DNA from: the human T2T-CHM13v2.0 reference genome, Homo sapiens
Length of the DNA stretch: 64,000 nt
Reading direction: 5' to 3' (one strand)
Assembly (NCBI RefSeq): GCF_009914755.1
Contig: NC_060926.1
A program made the translations under genes and the position numbers. The notes beneath the pieces were generated by a model. The model was not told the origin of the DNA, made no database searches, and saw only the letters and a list, made by a program, of their open reading frames with translations. Below are positions 1 to 12,921 of this stretch, piece after piece; the stretch's first letter is position 1, and the number at the start of each line of letters is the position of its first letter.

Positions 1-506
1 GAATATACGTAAGAGAAAAATCGCAGCCATTGGAGGAAATAAAGAGGAAGCCTGTGTGTCGATATGAACATTTTTACGGTTATTATGTTTGAGCATCAAA
101 CTCAGCTTCCTGGCAGCCAGAGTGAAAAGAGGAAGCATGCTAGAAGTTTCATAGGTCTAATTTTAGGATCTAAACTAGTCTTCCAAAGGAGATGAATGGT
201 CTCTTAGCATGGAATCCTAAAGGCCCTTTTGCATGTGGAGTCCCAGAAAGGTGACCATGAGCAACAAATATAATTGGCAGTACTTTGACTACAGCTGTAG
301 GACAAACACATCATTGGCTTTTCAAATGATTATCTGTTGTAATAACTTTCCAGAAGAGGCAAGTCACTCCTGGTTTCTGAGCCTCGGGATCTCTGCCAGC
401 TCATGCAGTGGGGATGATACTGTAGAAGCCTCTGGTTCAGGCCCTCTAGGAGGAAAACTATGGGCACTGTTCCTCAACAGAAGGATGGGTTTTCTCTCTT
501 TCTCAG

Positions 507-558
507 GGATCTTATGAGCCAAGTCCAAACTCTGATGCAGAAGATGAAAGATGATCAT
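507..558 (+). CDS. PLB1: PLB1 exon A (52 nt; DLMSQVQTLMQKMKDDH)
   Basis: tttctcAG|G GAT CTT ... GAT CAT|GTgagt. Confidence 0.93.
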
Positions 559-949
559 GTGAGTCAGATTTACTGTTATTTCTAAACATTAATTTTCTAA
601 CCCACTAAAGTTGTCTCCAAACGGAGTGGCCTGCTCTGAAAAGCAGTGAGCCCCATGTTATTAGAGGCATTCAAGCAGTGGTCGGACAGCCCCCTGACAG
701 AGGTCCTGTGGAGGAGGGTATGTCAATGGAGAGAGCTTTGTTGCTGGGTACAGCGACACTGAAAATCCCTCCTGATGCTAAGAGTCTGTGGTCTATAAAT
801 AAACCTCTAAAATTCCTTCAGTTCAGAGATGCTGATTCCATTATTTCAAGTGGGCAAGGATGTTATAGAGGGTTGAATGGATTTCCTAGGGCAGGGATAT
901 TTTCATTTCCTTGTTGGAAATTATCAAGCATTTTCCTCCCTCCATATAG

Positions 950-1030
950 AGAGTAAATTTCCATGAAGACTGGAAGGTCATCACAGTGCTGATCGGAGGC
1001 AGCGATTTATGTGACTACTGCACAGATTCG
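950..1030 (+). CDS. PLB1: PLB1 exon B (81 nt; [27 protein letters not shown]), repeat-3 block III
   Basis: catatAG|AGA GTA ... GAT TCG|GTaatt; phase 0-0. Confidence 0.95.
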
Positions 1031-1166
1031 GTAATTGGGGCCAGGTCCAGGCCTACTTGTTGTTCCTAACTTTGCCCAGTAGGCGTTGGAGATCTTCCCT
1101 GAGAACAGTTCCTAAAACCAATCCTAGGATTATCCACCTACACCTATGTCTGCACATATACACATA

Positions 1167-1167
<1 letters not shown>

Positions 1168-1198
<31 letters not shown>
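1168..1198 (+). repeat. (CA)~15 microsatellite
   Basis: Perfect CA dinucleotide run in intron B-C. Confidence 0.95.
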
Positions 1199-1200
<2 letters not shown>

Positions 1201-1596
1201 CTTACCCCACCACCCTCCAGGTCCTTGGCACCATCTCCATGTCCTAGGTGGTGAGGTAGCAGGTGGCAGATATATGGTATTTCTACTCCTCTCTCTTATA
1301 ACTCCTGAGAATTCAGAAAGAGGAAACTGTAGCAAGCAATTGGAAGGAGGAGTCTCCACTTTCTGCTCCTGAACCAAAGCTCTGGCTGAAGGTTCCAGTC
1401 TTCCCACTGGCCCATCTTTGACAACAGCAAGTAGTCAACTGTTCATCTCAGATTTTGACATGGTGAGCTGGCCACAGCTGGAGGCTAGAGGGGGAACAAG
1501 TCCTCAGGGCTGGAGCCAGAAGGGAAGTTGAGAACTGCCCCACTGCCCTCCCACCCTAACCAGTTCCTCCTTTTCCTCCTTCCTGTCTCTTTCTAG

Positions 1597-1662
1597 AATC
1601 TGTATTCTGCAGCCAACTTTGTTCACCATCTCCGCAATGCCTTGGACGTCCTGCATAGAGAG
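1597..1662 (+). CDS. PLB1: PLB1 exon C (66 nt; NLYSAANFVHHLRNALDVLHRE)
   Basis: Long pyrimidine tract, ttctAG|AAT ... GAG|GTgggt. Confidence 0.95.
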
Positions 1663-2518
1663 GTGGGTGGGGGGCTTCCACAAGCTGGTAACAGCTCAAG
1701 CATGGTGAGGGTGAAGGTGGATGGGGGGAAAGAATGAGAGAAGAACCCCTTTCTCTCAAGGAGACAGCCAGGGGCATGGACTCCTTCCCTTTTCAGAGGT
1801 TGGGGTCTAACCCCAAGGAAACCTTATTTTATATGGAATCAGCCCAGAAGGGCCTCAGGTCTGAAGGAGGGAAGGCTGTTCCCTCACCACTACATGGGAC
1901 ACTCCTTGGTGGAATTGTCTAATGTCTCCCCACTACTATCCGGGACATTTTCTGGTGGTGGCAGCCAGGTGGCCCCCAGGCTGGGCACTGCCTTCTGAGC
2001 CACAGGGTGTGTCTAGAGCAAGCCCCTGTCTGGTCCTGCACCCAGCAGCACATTCCCCCTCCACCACCACCATCTTCTGGCAAGGACAAGCTGCCCTGGC
2101 TGCGTGAGACAGGGCACTCTGACCACCAGATGCTCCCCTGTGGGGGTTGAGTCTGCGTGCCTACTCAGCAGAGTTAGGCCAGTTTGGGCTGGAGGGAAGA
2201 GGTTGCCTATCTCACCGAAGGTAATTCTAATGTATCTGGGCTTGCTACATGATGGCTAAACAGAGATGATCTCTTAGTCTTTATTGTCCCACTCCAGGAG
2301 GTGCCATTGCCGCTGCAGCCCCTTTGGGTGGCACCCATGGAGTTGTGTGATGTACGGCCTGTAAGGCCCTACGAGGTAGCCCTGTATAGACTCCTCCCCA
2401 GAACTCAACTCCAGAAAGACCAAGCTGGATTGCTAAAGGAACCCATTCCTAGGGGCCCTGAGACAGCCCCAGGAAGAAGTGCCTGGAGCCCCCCTCTCAT
2501 CTGCAGCTTTTCCCTTAG

Positions 2519-2619
2519 GTGCCCAGAGTCCTGGTCAACCTCGTGGACTTCCTGAACCCCACTATCATGCGGCAGGTGTTCCTGGGAAACCCAGACAAGT
2601 GCCCAGTGCAGCAGGCCAG
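2519..2619 (+). CDS. PLB1: PLB1 exon D (101 nt; [33 protein letters not shown])
   Basis: cccttAG|GTG CCC ... GCC AG|GTaggc; phase 0-2. Confidence 0.95.
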
Positions 2620-3663
2620 GTAGGCAGGTCCTGGCTGTCCCCACACTGGAGATGCCCTCACCTCCTGGTCTGGCCCACATGCAGTGGTGATGCCTCAGGG
2701 TCTTTGTGACTTGGTCTATCCATGTGTCCAAGTCTGTAAAGGAGGACTTCTGCCAGAACGTCCCCTTCCAGAGGCTGGAGCCATGACTCCCCTGTTACCC
2801 AACTTCAAGGTGCCTGGCAGGAACTTCTATGATACCAGGCAGCCACAGAGGGGAGGGATCAAAGTTGGGACAGAGGCTGGTGTTTGAGAGACAGGATAGC
2901 CTAGACTGTGAACATGGGCAGTGGTTAGGGAAGTAGACATATGTGGTCAAACTGTAACAGAAAGCAAGGAAAAGGTACAAGCAACTCAGTTACCTTTAGG
3001 GGAAGAAGAGAATTAGGAGGGACACAGGGAGCTTCAAACTGGGAGTGTTTTGTTTCTTAAACTGGGCCATAAGTACATGGATGTGTGTTTTATTATTCTT
3101 TATATCTTACACATCTATTTACTCAGCAAATCTTACAGAACTTCCTGTGTACCAGGCATTGTTTCAAGTGCTTTAGAAATCTCTCTCTTAAGTAGATGTG
3201 ATGGGTGTGAAATAATTCATGATGAAACCAAAGGGGACACAGTAGGGCACTCATGTGAAAGAAGGAGAGGTCTAAGGCATAGCATCAGAGGCCCCAAAAT
3301 ATCAGCTCCAACACCAGAGGATGCATTTTCTTTTTAATTAAACACTAAATTTTCACTGCCCAAATTCATTTGCTCAGCTGAATAATCGGTTGCAGGCCCA
3401 GCACCTGCAGTCCAACACTTGTGCTCTGTTGGTATGAGAGGGTGCTCATTCCCACACTGGCTCCCTCCCTCGGGCCATCTCCAGTGCCCCTGCCAGGCCT
3501 GAAGCCTGCCCCTGAGCATGTGCGCCAGAGCCTCAAGGCTTGAGTGCTCCTAAACCAGGGCGGGAGGGAGCCTCTCCACCCCTCCCCTGAACCTGGGCAA
3601 TCAGAACCAGCCCCTGATGGAAGCCTGAGCTCTGGGGCCTCCTGCCTCCCCCTCTTTGTGCAG

Positions 3664-3745
3664 CGTTTTGTGTAACTGCGTTCTGACCCTGCGGGAGAAC
3701 TCCCAAGAGCTAGCCAGGCTGGAGGCCTTCAGCCGAGCCTACCGG
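3664..3745 (+). CDS. PLB1: PLB1 exon E (82 nt; SVLCNCVLTLRENSQELARLEAFSRAYR)
   Basis: ttgtgcAG|C GTT ... CGG|GTaaga; matches ORF track 3656..3943 frame. Confidence 0.95.
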
Positions 3746-4352
3746 GTAAGACCAAGAAGGGCACCATGCTGTGTCCTCTCCCCTACGTTCACTCTAACAC
3801 ACAGCCCAGAGCCCCTAGAGGAGGCACACAGGGAAGGAAAAGCTGGTCAGGGATTGTGGGGAGACGGGGAGCAGCCTGGGTGCCTTCCTCTGTCTCACGT
3901 GACTGTGGTGTCTCAGGTGCCCTGGTTGGAATCATCCCAGTAGGATCCAGGTGGAAAAGCCCTCATGGCCCAGCTACCGTTGAGGGCTTAACCCCAACTC
4001 CTGGCCCGTAGCCCTGGATGCCTCATGAGACCACCTTTCCCTCCCCCACTCCCACTCCAAAGGCAGGTGCCGAGCCTCTGGAGGTTCTTCCCAGGTTTTT
4101 ATCCCTTTTGGGACTTCCTGCCTAGCCCTTCAGAGAGAGTAGTCTACTTACAATCAAAACAAAAAGGTGACCCAACCTGTTTCCAAATTCTCTGGAAAGG
4201 GACTTGCCCTCAGGTGATTTGTGTTCTCAAGGGAAAGGCTGAGTCGGCCCCTCCATCCAGGGAGATGGACTGCCCACCACCCCTACTCTTGCCTCACTGG
4301 GTCCTGGGCCCACCCAGGGCCTGGGCTGAAGACCCTGTGCATGTGTCCCCAG

Positions 4353-4457
4353 AGCAGCATGCGCGAGCTGGTGGGGTCAGGCCGCTATGACACGCAGGAG
4401 GACTTCTCTGTGGTGCTGCAGCCCTTCTTCCAGAACATCCAGCTCCCTGTCCTGGCG
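4353..4457 (+). CDS. PLB1: PLB1 exon F (105 nt; [35 protein letters not shown])
   Basis: tccccAG|AGC ... GCG|GTatgt; QPFF motif. Confidence 0.95.
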
Positions 4458-5550
4458 GTATGTCCCCTGCCCTCACCCATGGTACTCTTTTAGAGGAAGA
4501 AATGCAAGGCAGAATTGCCAGTTGCTTCCACGAGCATGTGCATAAAATGGGAAAGACACAGCTCTCCAGACGCTGTGCTGGCAGGTGCAGGCTCCCTGAA
4601 CGCCTGAGCCACATCCGTATGTGCGAGGCTCCCATGACCCCTGTAACAGCCTCCATTGTGTTGAGCACCTACTAGTGCCAGGCACTGTGCTTCCCATAGA
4701 TAAAACTGTCACATCTGCCTTTGGAAATGAGTGTGATCATCCGCATGGAACACAGGTGCAGAGATGTGAAGCGTCCTTCCTAAGATCATTTAGGAAATAA
4801 GGGACAGGGAGGCCAACATGAACACAGCCAGCTCCAGATGACTAGTTTTCTGCCACGCACGTGGTCTCTCTCGTGTGCAACGCTGCGGTTATAAGGGAGC
4901 ATTCTGGGGGTTCTCTGTTTCCACCCAGGCCATGCCCTTTGCCTGGCACTTCCACTCTGAACAGAAGAGATCTGTGAGTGGACCAGGTGAGGACTGAGGT
5001 CTGTCCCCCTGGGCTGCCATCCCAAGAGCCTCACCTAACTGGAAAGCAGGAAGGAGAGCAGCTCTATGCACCCCCAGCACCTCCAGATGAAGAGGCTGGA
5101 GTCAGGGGACCCAACTACCCAGGCCTTCCCCAAGGCTTTGTTCCATTCTCCCCACCAAGACTACCAGGACCAGCAGACCAAAAGCTGGGAAGTAGCTTTT
5201 CCCAGCTGGCTGGGCTAAGACTCTCTGCGGGACCAGGATCCCACTCCTTCATCTGTGGCATGGCCTCGGGCATTACATGAATGTGCCCAAAAATAAATAC
5301 GACACTTCTAATTGAATAAGGGGCACTTGTAGGGTCAAAAAGGAAGGTTGGGGGTTGGCGTCACCCAAAACTATTCTTTGTGGGATCGCTCTGATCTCTC
5401 TGTTAAGGTGAATGGGCCCTGTGGTGGCTGGTGACCTGGAGCACTCCAGGGGAAGGAAGGTGTTGAGTGGTCAGTCCCAGGGCCAAGTCCGCTGGTGGTG
5501 GCTCCCTCTGAACCAATAGGATCTTGAGGGGGTATATTGGTCTCTTTCAG

Positions 5551-5646
5551 GATGGGCTCCCAGATACGTCCTTCTTTGCCCCAGACTGCATCCACCCAAA
5601 TCAGAAATTCCACTCCCAGCTGGCCAGAGCCCTTTGGACCAATATG
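5551..5646 (+). CDS. PLB1: PLB1 exon G (96 nt; [32 protein letters not shown]), repeat-3 DxxH
   Basis: ctttcAG|GAT ... ATG|GTaaaa; DCIH at 5584-5595. Confidence 0.95.
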
Positions 5647-5899
5647 GTAAAATAAGTGGGGTGTTCCTTGTTCTCTGGGGTTCTAGTCTAGGGCAGGGCA
5701 CCAGCCCCTATAGAATGGAGTCTTGCAAGTGAGGCTGAGGGGGCAGTGGCTGGTACATCTATAAACGTCTATGCAGTTGGAAATGCGGAGTCCTTAAGAG
5801 TCTGCTCAGCCTGGGCTCAACTGCACCCTCTCCTCAGAGCTTTGAACTCTGAGGAGGGACCTCTCTACAGAAATGCAAGCCCAAAACCCCATATTCATT

Positions 5900-6110
5900 C
5901 CACTTTCCCTATGTGCCGGCCACCATGTTAGGCAGTTTAAGCCACGTTATCTCATTTAAGGCTCTGCATATCCCTGCTAGAGAAGCATGACGAGTCTCCA
6001 AGGAAGCTACTCCCAGAGAAGCAAAGCGACTGGCCCAAAACCCCACGGCTGGCAACTGGCAGAGCCAGAAGTGGGAGCCAAGCCCCCTGAAATCGAGTTC
6101 TGAGCTTTCC
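5900..6110 (-). mobile_element. MIR fragment
   Basis: atctcatttaa...gaagcaaagcgactggcccaaaaccccacggctggcaactggcagagccag resembles antisense MIR core. Confidence 0.6.
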
Positions 6111-6193
6111 CCACTGCAGGATTCTGCCAGGGAATGTTCACTTCCATGGAAACAAACTACTACACCCGTGTCTCTCTTTTCTTCCCTGATCAG

Positions 6194-6265
6194 CTTGAAC
6201 CACTTGGAAGCAAAACAGAGACCCTGGACCTGAGAGCAGAGATGCCCATCACCTGTCCCACTCAG
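6194..6265 (+). CDS. PLB1: PLB1 exon H (72 nt; LEPLGSKTETLDLRAEMPITCPTQ)
   Basis: tgatcAG|CTT ... CAG|GTagta. Confidence 0.94.
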
Positions 6266-8625
6266 GTAGTAGGGGAGGACCTGCCTGGCTCCTCTCCACA
6301 AACCAGGGCACACAGCTCGCCCTACCCACTTCGTCCTCCACCACAGCTTCCTCAGTACCCATCTTGCCCCCTTACTGAGGCCTGAGAGATTTGGAGGATG
6401 GAGGGGAGTCCATGAGGATGGACAGGGGAGGTGAGAGGGGAGACAAGAGTGCAGCTGTCATTGGGAACAGGAGATGCAGCAGGGAGAGGAGGCCTGGGCC
6501 CCAGCAGAGGGAGAGGATCCCGGTGAGAAAAGTGGGCTCCTGAGAGAGGAAATCAGGATGCCAGGAAAATGGCAGGAGGGCTTCTCTTAGCAGTGGTGTT
6601 TGGGGCAGATGAAAAAATCTGACTGCAGGTTAGAGGGCCCAGGCAGGAGCCAGGCAGGCTTAAGAGCTGTGGTTGGAGAGAGGAGAGCCTGGATTAGGGA
6701 GATTCCACAAGGAAAGGATCACAGAGGACAGCAGCAAAGGGCAGAGCCCAGAGCTGTATGGAGGAGGGACGAGGGTGGGCCTACCAGGACACGGCAGCTC
6801 CAGGCTCCTTTTAAGGAGGAATCCGTAAGTGGTTGTTAAGCTTGACTTCAGGCCTGGGGTGGGGGCAGGTTCTCATTGTCTTCAGCTCCTGTTTCTAGGC
6901 CCGGTCTTATGGCTTTTTAACCAAATAAGGCCAAGGCCAGAAAACCCTCAGCAGCAATAAAAGCAGAAGGCCTGACCCAATCTGGGAGGCTGGGTTTCCC
7001 TCCTAGGTCGGCCACACCACCCTCTCCCACCCTCCCTGCTGGGGAATGGACCTGCAGCTCCCCCATGTGTCTGCTGGGAATCCTGAGAGAGTGGGCACCC
7101 CTGTTCACATGCCTGCTCCCTGTCTGCTGCCTGCCCTACCCCAGTCTTGGGCTCAGGCTCAGTCTTGTGTGCCATCAGCCCCATCAGGAGAGCAAGAATG
7201 GCAGGAAGAAGGGATGGGAAGTGAAGACAGTCGTAGCAGAGGGCTCAGTTGCTGGGTCTTGTGCTTGGAGCTAAGGAGATTGTCAGATTCTGCAACAGCT
7301 AGTGCAACACAGATGCCTCTAGTCCAGGTGGTCAGGTGCTGGCCAAAGGCCTGGAGCAAAACCTTAGAGGCCCCTACTGTGCCAGGTGTAAACTCTTTAA
7401 CTGCTTTCCTAAGGATGCCTGGGGGTTCTAGGGGAGCAGCCAGGGACCGTGGATAGTGGGGGCATTTGGGGACTCAGAAATAGCCATATTGTAGATATGT
7501 CAATATTTTACCAACCCTATAGCCATACTGAATATCAGCCATGGAGGGCCCTTTCCAAACTGTCCACTCCCCTTCCATTACATAACAAAAGCAGCCATCA
7601 TTTGCTCTTTCTTTCAACAAACGTGTATTGAGTACTGAGTTGGAGCCTAAGCACTGGGTCAGGGAGAGCCCTGTCACCCTGGGCTTCGAGGCAACCACTT
7701 CCAGGCTTTACCCCAGATCAGGCAGAGACCCCCAAAAGGAGGCTGCTCCACCCAGCAGCATCTTAAGCTGAGTGGGCTCAGTGCCTCCCTTCTAGACAGA
7801 GCCCAATGGAGCCACTGCACTGATTTGCAGAGGTGAGCAGATCCAGCCTCGTGGAACCAGTAGAAGCCCAGCCCTGGTGAAGCTGTTGCTAAGCAACATT
7901 GGAGCCCATTCTGAAAGGGTCCATCTGTTGGCCAGCCCAACTTCACTGTGTTCTGAGCATTCTGCATTCCTCAGTCCCATCTGCTCCCTCCCATGTGCCT
8001 TGGAGTGATATAAAAGTCCACCAGCATCTCAGTGTGAGCTGACAGGGGCCAGGCAGCACCTATTTTTGTCCTAGATGTGTCTAAACATAGAGGCAACAGG
8101 CAACAGGCAAGACGCAGTGGGGGGCGGGAGGCAGGAGGCCGAGATGGCTGTGAGCATGAGCTTTCTCAGCCTCCTCCCTTCTCCCATCCGCAGTCTAACT
8201 GCTCATACGTTCTGTGTGCCAGGTAGGGTGACTTAACAGCACGCCATGGATTTCTGTTGTAGTTTCAAGTTGGACAAATTCTTTTACAGACAACTTTTGA
8301 CTAGCCTTCTGTGGACTGAGCCTATACTCTGCCTTAATGGGCTCTCTGCCCACTCCTTTCCTAACCCCAGGGCAGCTGGCTGAACACCTGGTCCTTTTCT
8401 TAGGTTTCATTCTTTTTGACCTCTCTGAAGCCCTTGTCAAAAGTCACCACCTCCCCCTTGAAATTCACTCCTTCCTGGGTTTGTGGACACTAAATCGCCT
8501 TGATTTTTCTGGTCTTCTGTTTGCTTGCCTTTAATGACCCTCCTCCTCCCTTTCCCCAGTCTTGAAAATGTAGATATTCTCCAATTTTCATGTCTCCATT
8601 CTATTTTCTTTCCTTTTTCACTCAC

Positions 8626-8917
8626 TTTTTGAAACAGGGTCTTGCTCCGTCTCCCAGGCTGGAAGTGCAGTGGCGCAATCACAGCTCTCTGCAGCTTTCA
8701 ACTCCTAGGCTCAAGCCATCCTCCCACCTCAGCCTCCTGAGTAGTTGGGACTGCAGGCATGCACCACCATGCCCAGCTAATTTTGGTTTATTTGTTTTGG
8801 TAGAGGTGGGGTCTTGCCATTTTGCTCAGGCTGATTTTGAACTCTGGACTCAAGTGATCCATCAGCCTTGGCCTTCCAAAGAGCTGGGATTACAAGTGTG
8901 AGCAGCTGTGCCCGGCC
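8626..8917 (-). mobile_element. Alu (AluJ-like)
   Basis: Antisense Alu dimer ending cccggcc; diverged, J-type ggctcaagc/cctcccacctc. Confidence 0.9.
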
Positions 8918-9790
8918 TCTGTTTTCTTTTCTCTCTCTCCACATCCTCTCACTCTGAGACTTACCCATTTCCAGGATTTCCTGTAAAATTTCTTTGTGCT
9001 GGATTCCTCAGTCTCTCAATCTGTGTCTTCATTTCTCCTTTCCCGAACTCCAATCCTCTATTTCTGACCTTTAAAATACATTTCCCCTTGGATGCTCTAT
9101 CTGGTATAAGGTTACCCAAAAGGCAGATTAATGTATGATCAAGCAGGAGGGGGCTGAAATAAGTTCATGTATCATACCCTATCTTTTCTTATGAGAAAAA
9201 GCCGAAGTTTATCAAATTCCCTTAAACTTAGTTTGTTGTTTAGCAGTGCTTCTGTATTGAATTACATATAAGTGACATTGTTATCTTTTTGACGCTCAGA
9301 GCTTCTAAATCCAATCCTGCCATGACCCCACCACCATCTCAAGCTTAACATTCATTCAAAAAATAATTTTCTGAGCAAGGAGTGTCTAAATAGGAACTAA
9401 TTCTTTGTCTTCCCAAACTCTCTGTTCCTTAGGAGTTCTCTATTTCTGCCAACTTCATTAGGGTTTTCAAGCTCTACAGGCATGAAATGTCAGGGACCCT
9501 ATCTAATCGGATTCTTACCAGTCCTCCAGAATCTAATAGGATTCTTCCCACCTGTCCCTCTTCCTTTTCCCACTGCCACTGCAGGGGCTCAGATTCTCAT
9601 CACTTTGTACGTTAAAGGCTAACTAGTCGCACCTTCCCACCATGAAACAATAGACTTATGTAATCTTAGGTTCTCAGTGGGGAGGGCCTTAGACTTCTGT
9701 GGATGCAATCTCTCATAGAATAATGGAATTCTTCTACCACATCCCTCCCAAGACACCCTATGGCCTCTGCTTAAATGTTCACACTTTCTT

Positions 9791-9959
9791 TTTTATTTAT
9801 TTATTTATTTGACTTTAAGTTCCAGGATACATGTGCAGAAGGTGCAGGTTTGTTACATAAGTATACATGTGCCATGGTGGTTTGCTGTACCTATCAACCG
9901 GTCATCTAGATTTTAAGCTGTGCATGCATTAGGTATTTGTCCTAATGCTCTCTGTCCCC
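9791..9959 (-). mobile_element. L1PA-type 3' end, 5'-truncated, with 18-bp TSD
   Basis: ttaagttccaggatacatgtgcag...gtatttgtcctaatgctc; AAATGTTCACACTTTCTT at 9773-9790 and 9960-9977. Confidence 0.9.
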
Positions 9960-10017
9960 AAATGTTCACACTTTCTTACCACCTGAAATCAGTGTAGGTA
10001 AAGAACCAGCACTTTTT

Positions 10018-10148
10018 TTTTTTTAATTAATAGTGATGGGGTCTCACTCTGTTGCCCAGGCTGGTCTCAAACTCCTGAGCTCAAGCAATCTTCCCACACT
10101 GGCCTCCCAAAGTGCTGGGATTACATGTGTGAACCACCACACTCGGCC
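10018..10148 (-). mobile_element. FLAM/Alu left monomer
   Basis: Single antisense Alu arm; TSD GAAC(C/T)AGCACTTTTT at 10003-10017 and 10150-10164. Confidence 0.85.
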
Positions 10149-11556
10149 GGAACTAGCACTTTTTGAATGGAATGGGATAGAAAACCTCTTAGGACATCCC
10201 GTGAAATACCATTATGTCCTCCTGCCTCTGACTGCCACCACCCAGCTGAGAGTCTTCTCAGTTCCAGCCACTCATTGCACACATGGCTGCCAACCCCTGC
10301 CTCATATGGGTATTTCTCCTTGGAATGTGGCCCCTTGTAAGGTGGTGACTGTACATCTGGTTTGATCCAACCAGCACAACCAGCGAAGAAAATCACCCCT
10401 CCTTCCCCATGGAACTACACCTGGTAAAGCAGCCAGGATGTTGATGGCCTTGTCCCACAGCCACTGACTCACGTTGCTGACTCACATCAGGAGGCTGGCT
10501 GGGCTCTGCCTCCCCAGGCAGCCCACACCGTCTTTGCATGGCTGGAACTACTAGACCGGTTCCTTGTTCTGCCATTCAGTCGGCCCCCCTTTCTACTCAC
10601 GGGGGCTCCAAATCTAGCCTTCAAGAGCCAGTCAGGCTCAATCAAACCCCTCTTTCACGTCATCTGCTTTGGCTCCAGGCCTTTAAACCACTCTGACTCA
10701 TGCATGCACCAAATGGTCAATGGTCAATAAACCCAGCTAAAAACAAGCCCAATAAAACCCAATAAAACCCATTAGACAGGAACATAGGAGTTGGAAAAAA
10801 AAGAAAAGAAGGGGAGGGGGAGGAAAGCCCTGAGGCACCCCGGCTGCCTGTCTGCCACAACCCTGGGCTGTAATTGTTCTTGCCATGGCCTCAGTCTGCA
10901 ACACATTCTAGTGTCTCCTTGACCTCTAGCCCTCTAGCTCTGCCTCCCTTTCCCCAACCTGTAGATCTTGTGATCAAATAGATTCAATGAAACACATTGT
11001 CCAGTTGCACTCGCAGCACTTCCAAAAAGGTCAAGTTTGTCCTTCCCTCAGTGCCTCCCATTCTGGTCACGGTAGGACTGACTCCAGCCCCTGGACCCTA
11101 AGCTGAGTCTGGGCTCCTTTGACGTGCAGGGAGAATGCCACTGAGTCTTGTCTCTGAGGACCCTACCTCTCCAAATCTTGCCTCAGTTCCTCAGCAGGTA
11201 CTACACTGACTGGCCATGCCATTCTCTGATGCTTCACTGCCTCAGCTTCTCAAGTCTGTCTCCCCACCTGAGCCAATTGTGAGTTTCTCTCTCTCCTCCT
11301 CTCATCCTGGCACCTAGAAATGCTCTCTAACGCTTGAGCTGCTCAACCAGCATGGGTCACTTGTTTATAGCATGCTCCCAGATCGCCCTCTTTGTTGGTG
11401 AATGCTCAGGGAATGCTTACTGTTAACCCGAGACAAGCCCAAGTAGCTACATGGACCTGCCACCATAAGCCCTCTCCTGTCTTATGCTGTTGTAGAGGGT
11501 CCAGGGCTCACTTCTCCCACTTGGCCCTGAGTACCTCTCCTTGAAAGGATGTCAGG

Positions 11557-12136
<580 letters not shown>

Positions 12137-12307
12137 CTAACCTGGAACCCGTCCCTTCCTCACTCTGGGGCTCAGCAGCTGCTCATCTATAAAGTGGGGC
12201 ATTTGGGGGTTGCAAAGTCAGTCATCTACAATGCCAGGCAAGAACATGGTTGCGTACATGTGGTCAGGTATGAGACGAGATCACTTTTCCAACATTCTGG
12301 TTTTCCC

Positions 12308-12921
12308 TTTTTTTTTTTTTTTTTGAAACAGAGTCTTGCTCTGTTACCCAGACTGGAGTGAACTGGCATGATCTCATCTTACTGCAACCCCTGCCTCCCA
12401 GGTTCAAACAATTCTCATGCCTCAACCTCTCAAGTAGCTGAGATTACAGATGTGTACCACACCTGGATTTTTTTTTTTTTTTTTTTGTATTTTTAGTAGA
12501 GACAGGGTTTCACCATGTTGTCCAGGCTGGTCTTGAACTCTTGGCCTCATGTGATGAACCCCCCCTTGGCCTCCCAAAGTGCTGGGGTTACAGGTGTGAG
12601 CCACTGTGCCCAGACTAATTTTTTTTTTTTTTATTGAAACAGAGTCTCACTCTGTTGCCCAGGCTGGAGTGCACTGGCACAATTATAGCTCACTGTAACC
12701 ACAAACTCCTGGGTTCAAGCAATCCTTCTGCTTCAGCCTCTTGAGTAGCTAGGATTACAGGCACATGCCACCATGTTGAGCTAATTTATTTTTTTAATTT
12801 GTCGTAGAGATGGGGTCTTGCTATGCTTCCCAAGCTGGTATTAAACTCTTGGCCCCAAGCAATCCTCCTACCCTGGCCTCCCAAAACGCTGGGAATACAG
12901 GCATGGGCCACTGTGCCAGCC
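12308..12921 (-). mobile_element. Two tandem antisense Alus (12308-12614 and 12619-12921)
   Basis: Two consecutive antisense Alu dimers, each with a poly-T tail. Confidence 0.9.
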
